Shown here: piece by piece, positions 28,178 through 38,060 of the stretch
Position numbering within the stretch: the first letter of the stretch is position 1
How the letters are laid out: each line of letters opens with the position of its first letter
Origin: an uncultured Thermoprotei archaeon
Lineage (GTDB): Archaea > Thermoproteota > Thermoprotei > Thermofilales > B15-G2
Direction of reading: 5' to 3'
DNA length: 64,000 nt
Assembly: GCA_965367815.1 (NCBI GenBank)
Contig: CBDUKN010000002.1
Coordinates: forward strand, 122,438-186,437
Translations under genes and position numbers: made by a program
The notes under the pieces: generated by a model
Told to the model about the DNA's origin: nothing
The model's database searches: none
The model's input: only the letters and a program-made list of their open reading frames with translations

Positions 28178-28528
28178 ATGACTAAAGTAGAAGCTTTACT
28201 GGTAGTACTACTTGCGCTATCTATTGTACCTATAGTAGTCTTAGGTAAGCCAAAAAATAATGAAAATAAGTCTATAATTCCTTCAACAAATTTTCTAGAG
28301 ACATTTGATAAAATATTAAGTGATATAGAAAGAATACTATGCTTAGCAGTCAATAGAGTTATGAAATTTATTATAAATGTTGTAAGAGCAATCTATATTA
28401 TACTAGCTGTAGTTGGCGTAATATTATGGATTACTCACTGGAATCCTAGTAGAGGAAAGCACTATATTCTGGCGGCTATAATTTTAATGCTTCTTGCAGA
28501 ATATCTCTCAACAATTATTGGTGAATAG
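28178..28528 (+). CDS. Small membrane protein, VirB2/TrbC/CedA1 pilin-like topology
   Basis: Signal-like N-terminus followed by two hydrophobic helices separated by NPSRGKH. Confidence 0.5.
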   Translation: MTKVEALLVVLLALSIVPIVVLGKPKNNENKSIIPSTNFLETFDKILSDIERILCLAVNRVMKFIINVVRAIYIILAVVGVILWITHWNPSRGKHYILAAIILMLLAEYLSTIIGE

Positions 28529-28546
28529 CTAGAGTATTCAGTAGAA

Positions 28547-29032
28547 TTATGCTTTTTTGGCCATTAAGTAGGCATCTTCTCCATCTAAGTAATAGCCTTT
28601 AATCACTTTAACTATTTTATATCCTAGTTTTTTATACAGAGAGATAGCAGGCTTATTAGATACTCTCACTTCTAGAAAGTATTCGTCGACATTGTATTCC
28701 TTTTTAAGGTTTTCCATAGCCTTTATCATTAAGGATTTACCGATACCTTTTCTTCTAGCGTAAGGCATAACAGCTATCGACACAATGTGTCCTTTTCTCG
28801 CTACTCCTATTCCGAAATTACTTAATCCATGTTCTACTCTACACATAATGTAGCCTACTATTTCATTATGCATTTCAGCTACTAAGAACGCTTTAGGACA
28901 ATTGTAGTACTGCATCATGAAGAAGTATGGAGGATAATTTTCGGGCAAGCATTTCCTGTTAATCTCGATAACTCTTTCTAGGTCTTCAGGTCTGAACTCT
29001 CTTATTATATATTCTTGCTTATTTTCTGTCAT
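28547..29032 (-). CDS. ard1: N-terminal acetyltransferase Ard1/RimI
   Basis: LPENYP, VGYIMCRVE, GHIVSIAV...RRKGIG, LEVRVSN, YYLDGEDA. Confidence 0.94.
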   Translation of the reverse strand: MTENKQEYIIREFRPEDLERVIEINRKCLPENYPPYFFMMQYYNCPKAFLVAEMHNEIVGYIMCRVEHGLSNFGIGVARKGHIVSIAVMPYARRKGIGKSLMIKAMENLKKEYNVDEYFLEVRVSNKPAISLYKKLGYKIVKVIKGYYLDGEDAYLMAKKA

Positions 29033-29037
29033 ATTCG

Positions 29038-29641
29038 CTAAGTTACATATAGTACTCCTAGTTCTTTAAGCTTATTATACAGCTTCTTGATGGCTATTTC
29101 TACTTCCTCTTCCTTCTTTGCTCCAGTACATACACACTTTCCGCTAGAGAAAATTAGAATAACTACACGAGGATCATCCATCCTATAGATTAGTCCCGGG
29201 AATTGCTCAGGCTCATACATGGAGTTTTCAAGTAAGAATGCTGCTTTTTCTAAGTTGACTTCAGCGTGAAGATTCGCGCTTGCGACTATATTCTGTATTT
29301 TTATTTGGGGCTGGCTAACTATTTCTATACCATGTTCCTTAAGAATCTTTATTATGTTTTTAACTGCCTTGTATACCTCGTTTTCGGACTTTGCTCCAGT
29401 ACATACCATTTTTCCGCTAGAGAAAATTAGAGTCGCAGTCTTAGGCCTACTAATTCTCAGGACTAGCCCAGGGAACTCTCGGATCCCGAGGGTTTTAAGC
29501 CTCGGGATGTTCCGGATTATACTCCGCGTTAGGTACTCTCGACGCGATTAACTCTAAATCAAGCCGTTGGTCGAGAGTAACCGATGCAACTACGTTTTCT
29601 ATACGGAAACTTGGTTCTGAGAACCTAACGACTCTTCTCAT
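29038..29641 (-). CDS. tbp: TATA-binding protein, two exons: 29641-29509 and 29477-29038 (190 aa spliced)
   Basis: Exon 1 reads [44 protein letters not shown]. Exon 2 continues [31 protein letters not shown] and contains the second repeat (NIVAS...[12 protein letters not shown]...[14 protein letters not shown]). Confidence 0.95.
29478..29508 (-). other. 31-nt bulge-helix-bulge intron in tbp
   Basis: mRNA sense: CGGA-[AC^A]-UCCCGAGG-CUUAAAAC-CCUCGGGA-UCCG-[AG^A]. It has a 4-bp central helix, two 3-nt bulges and an 8-bp intron stem; removal restores the frame and Gln45. Confidence 0.88.
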
Positions 29642-29687
29642 AATATTCCCGTTCTACCTTTAAAAAGCTTAAATATATATTAATCGG

Positions 29688-30206
29688 TCACTTTCGACTC
29701 TTAGACTTCTTTTCCTCCTCTGGAGAAAAGACTATCATAATGAGTAGCAGTATTACTACTAGAGCATAGACATAAGGATATTTTTCGGCGAACAGTTTAA
29801 GTACTCCAAGATAAGGTACGTCCAACATCACTATTCCCTTTACTTGACTTATTGAGACAGGATAGTCTGGAATTAGATTAGCGTCTCCTTTAGTTACTAG
29901 CTTGTAAACATTACCTTCTCTTTCATAAACTTTTATTATTCTATGAACTGTTGGCTCGCTTCCAGCACTCCTCTTATATACAATTACTTTTCCTACTTGA
30001 AGATCAGAGGAAGATTGAACTCCTACAATTACTATCATGTCTCCAACTTGAAGTGAGGGTATCATACTCCAGCTTGAAACTACCGCTAAGGGTATTTCTG
30101 TCGACAATATGGCTTTAAATAAGTAGTTTATAGTAATGTAAGCTAGCAGTACTACAACAATAATTGTCACTAGTGTCTTTAATTTTCTATCAGATGACTT
30201 AGCCAC
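29688..30206 (-). CDS. Signal peptidase I (Sec11/S26B)
   Basis: VSSWSMIPSL..GD, VHRII, TKGDAN. Confidence 0.92.
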   Translation of the reverse strand: MAKSSDRKLKTLVTIIVVVLLAYITINYLFKAILSTEIPLAVVSSWSMIPSLQVGDMIVIVGVQSSSDLQVGKVIVYKRSAGSEPTVHRIIKVYEREGNVYKLVTKGDANLIPDYPVSISQVKGIVMLDVPYLGVLKLFAEKYPYVYALVVILLLIMIVFSPEEEKKSKSRK

Positions 30207-30313
30207 ATTGAGAAAATGATTTAGCTAAAAATTAGTCTTTCGATAGATAGTATTTTCAATACTCTAACAGAAAAAATTATGTTAGAGAGAACTAAGGACT
30301 CTACTGAGAGAAA

Positions 30314-30805
30314 ATGTCCTATACTCCAGTAGTGCCATTCGTTCCTACACCAGAAATAGTTGTTAGAAAAATGCTTGAATTAGCTAAAGTAAAACCCGGA
30401 GAAATTGTTTACGATTTAGGGTGCGGAGACGGCAGAATTATAATAACTGCTGCAAAAGACTTTGGAGCGTACGCAGTCGGCATAGAAATACGTAAGGATT
30501 TAGTAGAACAGTGCATAAGAAAAGTAAAAGAACTCGGACTAGAGGATAGAGTCACAATAATTTATGGCAACTTTTTTGAAGTAGATATAAGTGATGCAGA
30601 TGTAGTTACTCTATATCTTCTAACAAGCGTTAATGAAAAATTAAAAACTAAGTTTATTAAAGAATTAAAACCTTCAGCTAGAATAGTCTCACATGATTTT
30701 GAGATCGTCGGATGGAAGCCTCATTTAGTGAAAGAAGTTAAAGAAGACTGGAGAAACCATAAAGTATACTTATATCTAATGGAAGAAGTACTTTCAAGAA
30801 GATAG
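30314..30805 (+). CDS. Protein-lysine N-methyltransferase (aKMT-like)
   Basis: VPFVPTP, YDLGCGDGR, VVTLYL, RIVSHDF. Confidence 0.88.
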   Translation: MSYTPVVPFVPTPEIVVRKMLELAKVKPGEIVYDLGCGDGRIIITAAKDFGAYAVGIEIRKDLVEQCIRKVKELGLEDRVTIIYGNFFEVDISDADVVTLYLLTSVNEKLKTKFIKELKPSARIVSHDFEIVGWKPHLVKEVKEDWRNHKVYLYLMEEVLSRR

Positions 30806-30807
30806 TT

Positions 30808-31845
30808 ATGAGAAACAGTATTAGGGACCAGCTGCTAAAGACCCCTGTTAAAGACTTACACTTACGTAAAGATACAAAAATTAAAGACCTTATAGACTCC
30901 TTTAAAAGCATAGGCGGTTTTTCTGCAGCACATCTAGCTGATGCGTGCAGTATAGTAACAGAAATGCTGGAAGACGAAAATTGTCTTGTACTTATGTCGA
31001 TTACAGCAAATATTATAGCTACCGGAATTAGAGGCCTTGTTTCAGACCTAATCAAAAATAAGATGGTAGATATTATATTTACTACTGGAGGAACTATCGA
31101 CCACGATATAGCAAAAAGCTATGCTAACTACTACTGCGGAAGTTTTGATATCGACGACGAGATGCTAAGAGAAGAGGAAATACATCGTCTAGGCAATATT
31201 CTCGTACCTAAAGAAAGCTATGGTCCCTTAATTGAAGAGAAATTACATACATTTTTAGAGAAAGTAATAAAAACTAAAGAAAAGTGGAGTTGTAGAGAAC
31301 TGCTCTGGGAAATAGGCAAACAAATTTCAGACGAAAACTCTATTCTTCGTAGTGCCTACTTAAATAAAGTACCTATTTATGTTCCAGGCTTTTACGATAG
31401 TGCATTTGGAACACACATCATTACATTTAATGAAAAACAGAGACTAAAGGGCGGAAAAATAATATCAATAGACTACTCAATCGATATGAAAGAACTTTCC
31501 AACATATTTTTCATAGCTAATAAATTAGGAGGAATAATAGTCGGAGGAGGAATAAGCAAACATCACTTAATATGGTGGAGCCAATTCAGAGACGGACTAG
31601 ACTACGCAGTTTATTTAACTGTAGCTGTAGAATGGGACGGCAGCCTTAGTGGAGCGAGACCCCGTGAAGCTATAAGCTGGAATAAAATAAAGCCACAATC
31701 TAAAAAAGCATTCATATACAGCGACGCCACAATAACTTTACCGCTAATATTTTATGCAGTATACGATATAGTAAACGAAAATAAGCTTAACTTAAGAAAA
31801 CAGAATGCTCAAAAAATAATAAATTCATCTATCTCTACTCTTTAG
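30808..31845 (+). CDS. dys: Deoxyhypusine synthase
   Basis: ANIIATGIRG, TGG..DHD, HRLGN, GGGISKH, DGSLSGA...EAISW.K. Confidence 0.95.
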   Translation: MRNSIRDQLLKTPVKDLHLRKDTKIKDLIDSFKSIGGFSAAHLADACSIVTEMLEDENCLVLMSITANIIATGIRGLVSDLIKNKMVDIIFTTGGTIDHDIAKSYANYYCGSFDIDDEMLREEEIHRLGNILVPKESYGPLIEEKLHTFLEKVIKTKEKWSCRELLWEIGKQISDENSILRSAYLNKVPIYVPGFYDSAFGTHIITFNEKQRLKGGKIISIDYSIDMKELSNIFFIANKLGGIIVGGGISKHHLIWWSQFRDGLDYAVYLTVAVEWDGSLSGARPREAISWNKIKPQSKKAFIYSDATITLPLIFYAVYDIVNENKLNLRKQNAQKIINSSISTL

Positions 31846-32197
31846 TGCTTTCAGAGTCCTTAGAATACTCAACGACCCACTTTACTTCTTTTGGCTTTAA
31901 TATTTCTATTTTTCTAGCAACATCCTCTAAAACAGAGTTAACTCCTCTTAATTTTCTTTCAATCTCTTCAAGCTTCTGTTCAAGTTTTTTCCTCTCATCG
32001 CTTATCTTCATTAAGTACAGTTCAAGCCTACTAGCCCTTATGTAATCTCTCGTTTTTCGCATTTCCTCAAAAATCTTACTCTCTTTTTCTTTAAGCTTCT
32101 TTATTTTTTCAAGAATTTCGTTTCTATTTTTTTCTAATTCATTCTTTAGATCTTCTAATTCTTTTTTCTTTTGTCTTAATTCCTCAAGGCTATACAA
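31835..32197 (-). CDS. Coiled-coil hypothetical protein
   Basis: E/K-rich heptad repeats. Confidence 0.7.
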   Translation of the reverse strand: MYSLEELRQKKKELEDLKNELEKNRNEILEKIKKLKEKESKIFEEMRKTRDYIRASRLELYLMKISDERKKLEQKLEEIERKLRGVNSVLEDVARKIEILKPKEVKWVVEYSKDSESTKE

Positions 32198-32248
32198 ATT
32201 TATCTCCCTCTTATCTCCTTAAAAGTGATTGATAAAGTTTCTGCACAG

Positions 32249-32683
32249 TTAAATTAACTTCTTCCATATAGCTGTTGAAGAAAATTTTAATCCATTATCA
32301 GCTAAAACCCATTCAATTACATAAATAATCAGAGGCCTAAGTCCCCGCTCACGTCTAATGTCATTCGCCTTAATCGCATTAATTAAGGTCTCTTGCGACA
32401 CCACTATTGCTTCAATCTCGCTATCAAAAATAGCCGGACCATAGGGGTCGTCTAGCTTCGCTATCTCATATTCAACGCCAAGGCTTGTCAGTAATTTCTC
32501 GACTCTTTGAGCCCTAATAGAAAAGTTTTCTACAGGGTGCTTCTTTTTAAGTTTCTTAATGAAATTATCAGAAGTAATTCCAATTACAAGTTTTTTAGAT
32601 AGCTCACCTGCCTTTCTAATAAGTTTTTTATGACCTTCGTGTAAAATAGAAAATGTTCCTCCTAGACAGACTTTCTTAAACAT
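32249..32683 (-). CDS. coaD: Phosphopantetheine adenylyltransferase
   Basis: GGTFSILHEGH, DPYGPA, VVSQET, SST. Confidence 0.9.
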   Translation of the reverse strand: MFKKVCLGGTFSILHEGHKKLIRKAGELSKKLVIGITSDNFIKKLKKKHPVENFSIRAQRVEKLLTSLGVEYEIAKLDDPYGPAIFDSEIEAIVVSQETLINAIKANDIRRERGLRPLIIYVIEWVLADNGLKFSSTAIWKKLI

Positions 32684-35535
32684 TACCAGAACCTCTTAGA
32701 TAGAGCCTTTTTCTCAGCTTCTATTATTGCTTTTATTAAAGAATCATCTAGTTTGCTATGTTTTTCAACAATTCTTATTATCTCTTCTTTTTTCAATCCC
32801 CTGCCTGCCAAAACGACTGCACCTATACTATTATATTTTTCTATTATTCGTGATGAAAATTGAAGAAAATCTATTAATTTTATCTCTTGCTTACTTACAG
32901 CTTTGAAGTTTTTGTTAATAATTTTTTCTATTTCTTTCTCTTCAGCGTTAGCTACGCCTACTTTTCTTGACCCGCACTTGGGGCATTTTCCGTATTTAAT
33001 GAAATCCTTTACTTTCATTAGCGAGTACCACTTGCAATTAAGACACACAAAGCAAAGAACTGTATTTAAGAGCCTTGTTTTAGCTGACTCGACTATAATT
33101 TTCTCTAATCGTTCAGGAGGTATTAGCTCAAGCTTTTTAGCCATTTTGTTAAGAACTGCTGCTGTTACCGGCGATGCCTCTTCGCTCTCAATAACTATAA
33201 CCTCTATTTCACCTCTCTGTATGCCTTCGATTATCTGCCAAGCTTCTTCAATGCTGACATCTTTCGCCATATACTCTTTCAGAGCTTCTTCGAAGATGAC
33301 TGTACCTTCAAAAGCTTCTACTAGTTTTCTCATACTAAGTGTCGATGCCTCAACACCTTTAGGTAACGCACCAAACCTTCTCGCAACATGAATCAATCTC
33401 CTCTTGAATAAACCCTGCCTCGTGGCAGAAGTTACTACAGTGTTTCTAAAATCATCGTAGTCGCATTCAAGGAGCTTATTTTTTATTAAATTACCATCTA
33501 CATTCGCTGACGTCACTACTATTATGGAATATGGATCTTGCTGGACTTTAACTCCATAGCCTGTAGCCTCAATTATTTTTTCTGCGAGATATCGAGAAAG
33601 AGCTCTATTAGCAAGGGTTCCTCCATGGACATGGACTACGATTCCCTCGGGACATTTTTCTATAAGCACTCTTTTATCAGTGGGCAGCTTGTATCCCTTC
33701 TTTACATGCTCTGCAAAAAGCCTAAGGGCATTTGCTAAGCTTACTTTGTCTATTGGGTATTTCTGTACAAGGTCTTCCGCTACCTCTTCTATTTTAAGAC
33801 CTTTACGTAGTTGCTGCTCTAGGTATCTTTTAATAGCACCCACTTCGAGAGCTACTTCTAGAGGAACAGGTATTTCTTCGCCTACCCATGAGGGGACTGC
33901 GCCCGTGGGATCTTTAGCGGGCTCTACGTAGATTCTATCTCTACTTATGTCCTTTATGATCCAGACACTTCCGCGGAACACAAACTTAACTCCTATTTCA
34001 CCGTATTCAGCGACAAAAGCCTCGTCAAGAACTCCTAAAGGCTCGTCGTTTTCTATGTTTACTACTAAGTACTGCTTTTCATCAGGTATTGTAGAAATTT
34101 GATTAAAGAAATATTCGTATATTCCTCTAGTGTTCTTTGGTTTAAGCACAATTTCGTCTTCAAAGCTAACCCATGCTAATCTTGGGTAACGATTATGCAT
34201 ATAGCTTAAGACTTTTACTAAATCTTCCTTACTCAAGTTTCTATAGGGGTAAGCTTTCGTGTACAGATCTAATATTTCACTAAATCTCCAGCGTCTTTTG
34301 AAGAAAAAGAGTGCTACTATTTGGTGACATAAAACATCATATGGTTTTTCAGGCATTTTTGTTTCCTCTATTTTTCCTTCAAGAGCCCTCCTTGCTATAA
34401 CTGCGGCTTCAAGTGTATCGTCTTCATCGTCAGTCACAATAATTCCCTTAGCGACTCTATCAAGAGAATGACCCGCTCTGCCCACTCTCTGCACAAGCCT
34501 CGTAACTTGACGAGGCGACATGTATTGTATTACAATGTCTATTCTACCTACATCTATTCCTAATTCTAATGAAGATGTGCATACAAGGGCCTTAAGCTCT
34601 CCTGACTTTAGACCTCTTTCTGCAACAATTCTGCTCAATTTAGAAAGTGAGCTATGGTGGACGTCCAGAGGCACGTTTCTATCCCATATTCTAAAGCGAG
34701 ATGCAAGCACTTCAGCTATAGCTCTCGTATTAGTGAAAACTAGCGCTGATCTATGTTTTTTAATCAAATCAGCTATAATTCTTAGTCTTGCCGCTACTTC
34801 AGGTACTGTATACAGTTTCGCTGCAAGAACTTCATCTTCAGGCAAAGGCCTAGGGTAAATAACTTTTATGTCCATTTGCCGGGTGACATCAGCTTCGACA
34901 ACCTCTATTTTTCTTCCAATACCTGCAAGAAACTGGGCAACTTCTTTAGGCGACCCTACAGTAGCACTTAGGCCTATTATCTGAAAGTCTCTTTCTGCAA
35001 GATATCTGAGTCTCTCGAGTGCTAGAGATAACTGCGACCCTCTTTTGTCTTCAGCTATCTCGTGCACCTCGTCGACAATAACATACTTTACGTTTTTGAG
35101 AGCTTTTCTCAAAAGTCTTCCGTAGAGAAGAAGTTGAAGAGTCTCTGGAGTCGTTATTAACATGTGGGGAGGATTCTTAGCTTGCTTTGTTCTTTCCTTC
35201 TGGTCGGTATCTCCATGTCTAACACCAATACTCAGACCCAGTTTAGAACACCACCACTCAAGTCTGTCCAATAGATCTCTGTTGAGAGCCCTCAGGGGAG
35301 TAATATAGAGTATATTTATTCCTTTTTCACCTACACCTTCGCTAAGCAACCTACTTAACACTGGTATTACCGCTGCTTCCGTTTTACCGCTACCTGTAGG
35401 CGCTACTATCAACACGTTCTTGCCTTCTAGAATCAGAGGAAATGCCTTCTCTTGTACAGGAGTAAGATACTTAAATCTACTTAAGAGAACTTCACGCACC
35501 TTAGGATGAAGCCTTTGCAAAATATCTTCTAGCAT
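32683..35535 (-). CDS. lhr: Lhr-family SF2 helicase with C-terminal zinc ribbon
   Basis: APTGSGKT, TTPE, DEVH...KRG, LSAT, SSLELGID, QRVGRAGH. Confidence 0.92.
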   Translation of the reverse strand: MLEDILQRLHPKVREVLLSRFKYLTPVQEKAFPLILEGKNVLIVAPTGSGKTEAAVIPVLSRLLSEGVGEKGINILYITPLRALNRDLLDRLEWWCSKLGLSIGVRHGDTDQKERTKQAKNPPHMLITTPETLQLLLYGRLLRKALKNVKYVIVDEVHEIAEDKRGSQLSLALERLRYLAERDFQIIGLSATVGSPKEVAQFLAGIGRKIEVVEADVTRQMDIKVIYPRPLPEDEVLAAKLYTVPEVAARLRIIADLIKKHRSALVFTNTRAIAEVLASRFRIWDRNVPLDVHHSSLSKLSRIVAERGLKSGELKALVCTSSLELGIDVGRIDIVIQYMSPRQVTRLVQRVGRAGHSLDRVAKGIIVTDDEDDTLEAAVIARRALEGKIEETKMPEKPYDVLCHQIVALFFFKRRWRFSEILDLYTKAYPYRNLSKEDLVKVLSYMHNRYPRLAWVSFEDEIVLKPKNTRGIYEYFFNQISTIPDEKQYLVVNIENDEPLGVLDEAFVAEYGEIGVKFVFRGSVWIIKDISRDRIYVEPAKDPTGAVPSWVGEEIPVPLEVALEVGAIKRYLEQQLRKGLKIEEVAEDLVQKYPIDKVSLANALRLFAEHVKKGYKLPTDKRVLIEKCPEGIVVHVHGGTLANRALSRYLAEKIIEATGYGVKVQQDPYSIIVVTSANVDGNLIKNKLLECDYDDFRNTVVTSATRQGLFKRRLIHVARRFGALPKGVEASTLSMRKLVEAFEGTVIFEEALKEYMAKDVSIEEAWQIIEGIQRGEIEVIVIESEEASPVTAAVLNKMAKKLELIPPERLEKIIVESAKTRLLNTVLCFVCLNCKWYSLMKVKDFIKYGKCPKCGSRKVGVANAEEKEIEKIINKNFKAVSKQEIKLIDFLQFSSRIIEKYNSIGAVVLAGRGLKKEEIIRIVEKHSKLDDSLIKAIIEAEKKALSKRFW

Positions 35536-35572
35536 TAGCTGTTAATAAGGAACGAAACAGACTAAAATAAGT

Positions 35573-38002
35573 TTATTGTGATTTTTCTACGTACATATTG
35601 GGTCCTATTACCTCGAATAGGTCTTTGTTCTCCGGAACTCCTACTTTGAGCTCCTTGATTCTATGCATTGCCTTTAAGTCTTTTATGAAAGGCTCTAATT
35701 CTTTAGGCATATACACTGTGAGCTGTAGAGGCTCTTTGAGAGATAAGCCTTTATCTTTCTTGTATTTCCATATACTGCTGTTAAACTCCATGAAAAGTTC
35801 GAGTGCTTTAACGTACTCAGTATCGTGTTCTGGAACTGGCTCTGGGAATAATTCTATGTGAATGCTTGTTTCTTTGTAGAGTTTTCGCCAAATGTAGTCA
35901 GTTATGAATGGACATATGGGGGCGAGCAACTTTAGGATAGCTTCTAGTACTGTGTGCAGAGTATACCATGCGCTTTTCTGCTCTTCTTCACTAAATATTC
36001 CTTCTAAGTTATATGCTCTCTGTTTAACTGCTTCTATGTAGTGTGCAGCGAATACTTTCCATGTGAAACTGTATATTTCATTAGCCGGCAAGAATACATC
36101 CATTTCCTTGTAAGCATCGACACATTTCCTTATTAAGTTATTAAGTTCACCTAATATCATAAGGTCTAATGGCACAATTTTACTTGGTTTTTCGCACTTA
36201 GGGAACTGTGATATAAATCTAGCGATATTCCATAGCTTTACAACAAAAGCTCGTCCTGTTGCAACGTGGTGTTCTGAATAGCGGTAATCGCTTCCGAGTT
36301 TGGCTTCAGCAGCGCTCCAGAATCTTACTGCATCAGCACCGTACTTTTCAACTATAGGTATTGGATCAATGATATTTCCTTTACTCTTACTCATTTTTTC
36401 TCCTTTCTCATCTAAACCCATTCCAGTTATTCTCACATACTTGAATGGTGGTTTACCAGTCAGTAAGTATGATTTCAGCATAGTGTAGTAGAGCCATGTT
36501 CTGACAATATCTTTTCCCTGAGGTCTTAGTGAACAAGGATAGTTTTTCTCGAAGAAGTCTTTACGATAGTAGTATCCACACACATAGAGAGGCGTATTAC
36601 TTGAATCCATCCACGTATCGAATACTCTCTCTTCGCCTACAAATTCTGTGCAACCACACTTGCTACACTTCTCAAATGGAGCTTTTTCTGCCCAAGGCCT
36701 ATAGTATTTTCCGGGCTCAGGTACATGTGGAGTCCCGCATTTTTTACAGTACCATATGGGAATTTCTGTTCCATAGTACCGTCTCCTTGAAATAGGCCAG
36801 TCCGCAGTAATACTCTTTATCCAGTTCACTAAGATTTCTTTCGCTTCAGGAGGATAGAATACCATTTGATCTGCTAGCTTCAATAACTCTTCCTTGAATT
36901 CTACCTGCTTAAGATAGTATTCTGGCATAGCGATAAACTCTATTGGAGTCCCACAGCGCCAGCATACTGGTATTTCATGCTTAATAGGCTTCTTTTCAAC
37001 TAAGAGACTTTCTTTTTCAAGATCCTCCGCTATTTTTTCACGGGCTTCTTTAACAGTGAGCCCCGCATATTTTCCTGCAACCTCATTCATTTTTCCGTCA
37101 GGATTAATCGCAATCTTGTACTTCAGACCAAGTTCTCTAAATATTCTTACGTCGGTTAAGTCTCCAAAAGAACATATCATGACAAGTCCAGTCCCGAACT
37201 CTGGTCTTGCAGCTGGATGCGCCCTTATCTCTACTTCTTGACCGAATATGGGAACTATAGCGTGCTTGCCTTCCAGCCTCTTATATCGCTCGTCTTCAGG
37301 ATTAAATATCACAAGTGCACACGTGCAAAGAAGCTCAGGTCTTGTTGTAGCTATTATTATATCTTCACCCGTTTCTTTGACCTTGAACTTAATGTAATAG
37401 AGATATGCGTCTACAGTCTTGTATTCTAGTTCGGCGTCTGCTAGAGTGGTATTGCATCTAGTACAGAAATTGTTTGGCCTTAAGTCTTCGTAAATAAGCC
37501 CTCTCTTGTAGAGCTCAATGAAAGTAAGCTGGGTTAAAGTACGGTACTTCTCGCTGTCAGTACCATCACGCCAGTACTGAAAACTAAAGCCCATCCTCTT
37601 AACTATGTATACTAACTCTTCTTCTACTTTATCGATGAACTCTTTACAAAGTCTAAGAAATTCTTCTCGTGGAACATCTTTTGCTCTAATACCGTACTTT
37701 TTCTCTACCTGAACTTCTACAGGTAAGCCATTTCTATCACAATAGAAGGGTACTAGAACATTATACCCCAGCATGCGGTAAGCTCTAGCGACCATATCTA
37801 TTTGCGCGTAGTGAGCTGCCGCCCCCAAGTGCCAGCGGCCACTAGTATAAGGTGGAGGAGTGTCTATAGTGAAAACAGGCTTTTCGCTGTCTTCGTGAAA
37901 CTCGTAAATATTTTCTTCTTCCCATTTCCTTATAAGTTCTTCTTCAAAATTCTCAGGAAGCCTAGTCTCTTTAATTAGCGGCTTATATTTCATGAGACTC
38001 AC
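35573..38002 (-). CDS. valS: Valine-tRNA ligase
   Basis: DTPPPY.SG..HLG, ATTRPE, W.ISR, DTWMDSS, KMSKS. Confidence 0.96.
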   Translation of the reverse strand: MSLMKYKPLIKETRLPENFEEELIRKWEEENIYEFHEDSEKPVFTIDTPPPYTSGRWHLGAAAHYAQIDMVARAYRMLGYNVLVPFYCDRNGLPVEVQVEKKYGIRAKDVPREEFLRLCKEFIDKVEEELVYIVKRMGFSFQYWRDGTDSEKYRTLTQLTFIELYKRGLIYEDLRPNNFCTRCNTTLADAELEYKTVDAYLYYIKFKVKETGEDIIIATTRPELLCTCALVIFNPEDERYKRLEGKHAIVPIFGQEVEIRAHPAARPEFGTGLVMICSFGDLTDVRIFRELGLKYKIAINPDGKMNEVAGKYAGLTVKEAREKIAEDLEKESLLVEKKPIKHEIPVCWRCGTPIEFIAMPEYYLKQVEFKEELLKLADQMVFYPPEAKEILVNWIKSITADWPISRRRYYGTEIPIWYCKKCGTPHVPEPGKYYRPWAEKAPFEKCSKCGCTEFVGEERVFDTWMDSSNTPLYVCGYYYRKDFFEKNYPCSLRPQGKDIVRTWLYYTMLKSYLLTGKPPFKYVRITGMGLDEKGEKMSKSKGNIIDPIPIVEKYGADAVRFWSAAEAKLGSDYRYSEHHVATGRAFVVKLWNIARFISQFPKCEKPSKIVPLDLMILGELNNLIRKCVDAYKEMDVFLPANEIYSFTWKVFAAHYIEAVKQRAYNLEGIFSEEEQKSAWYTLHTVLEAILKLLAPICPFITDYIWRKLYKETSIHIELFPEPVPEHDTEYVKALELFMEFNSSIWKYKKDKGLSLKEPLQLTVYMPKELEPFIKDLKAMHRIKELKVGVPENKDLFEVIGPNMYVEKSQ

Positions 38003-38060
38003 CTTTGGATAGTGTTCCTAAAAATTCGAGAAGAATACTTAAATATTTATGTGGCTGTTC

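Noticed and set aside
29038-29641. tbp as a frameshifted pseudogene or assembly error
   Set aside because: Both exons are intact, and the insert is a correctly registered BHB whose canonical cleavage regenerates the invariant Gln codon. That is unlikely by chance, though reads should still be checked.
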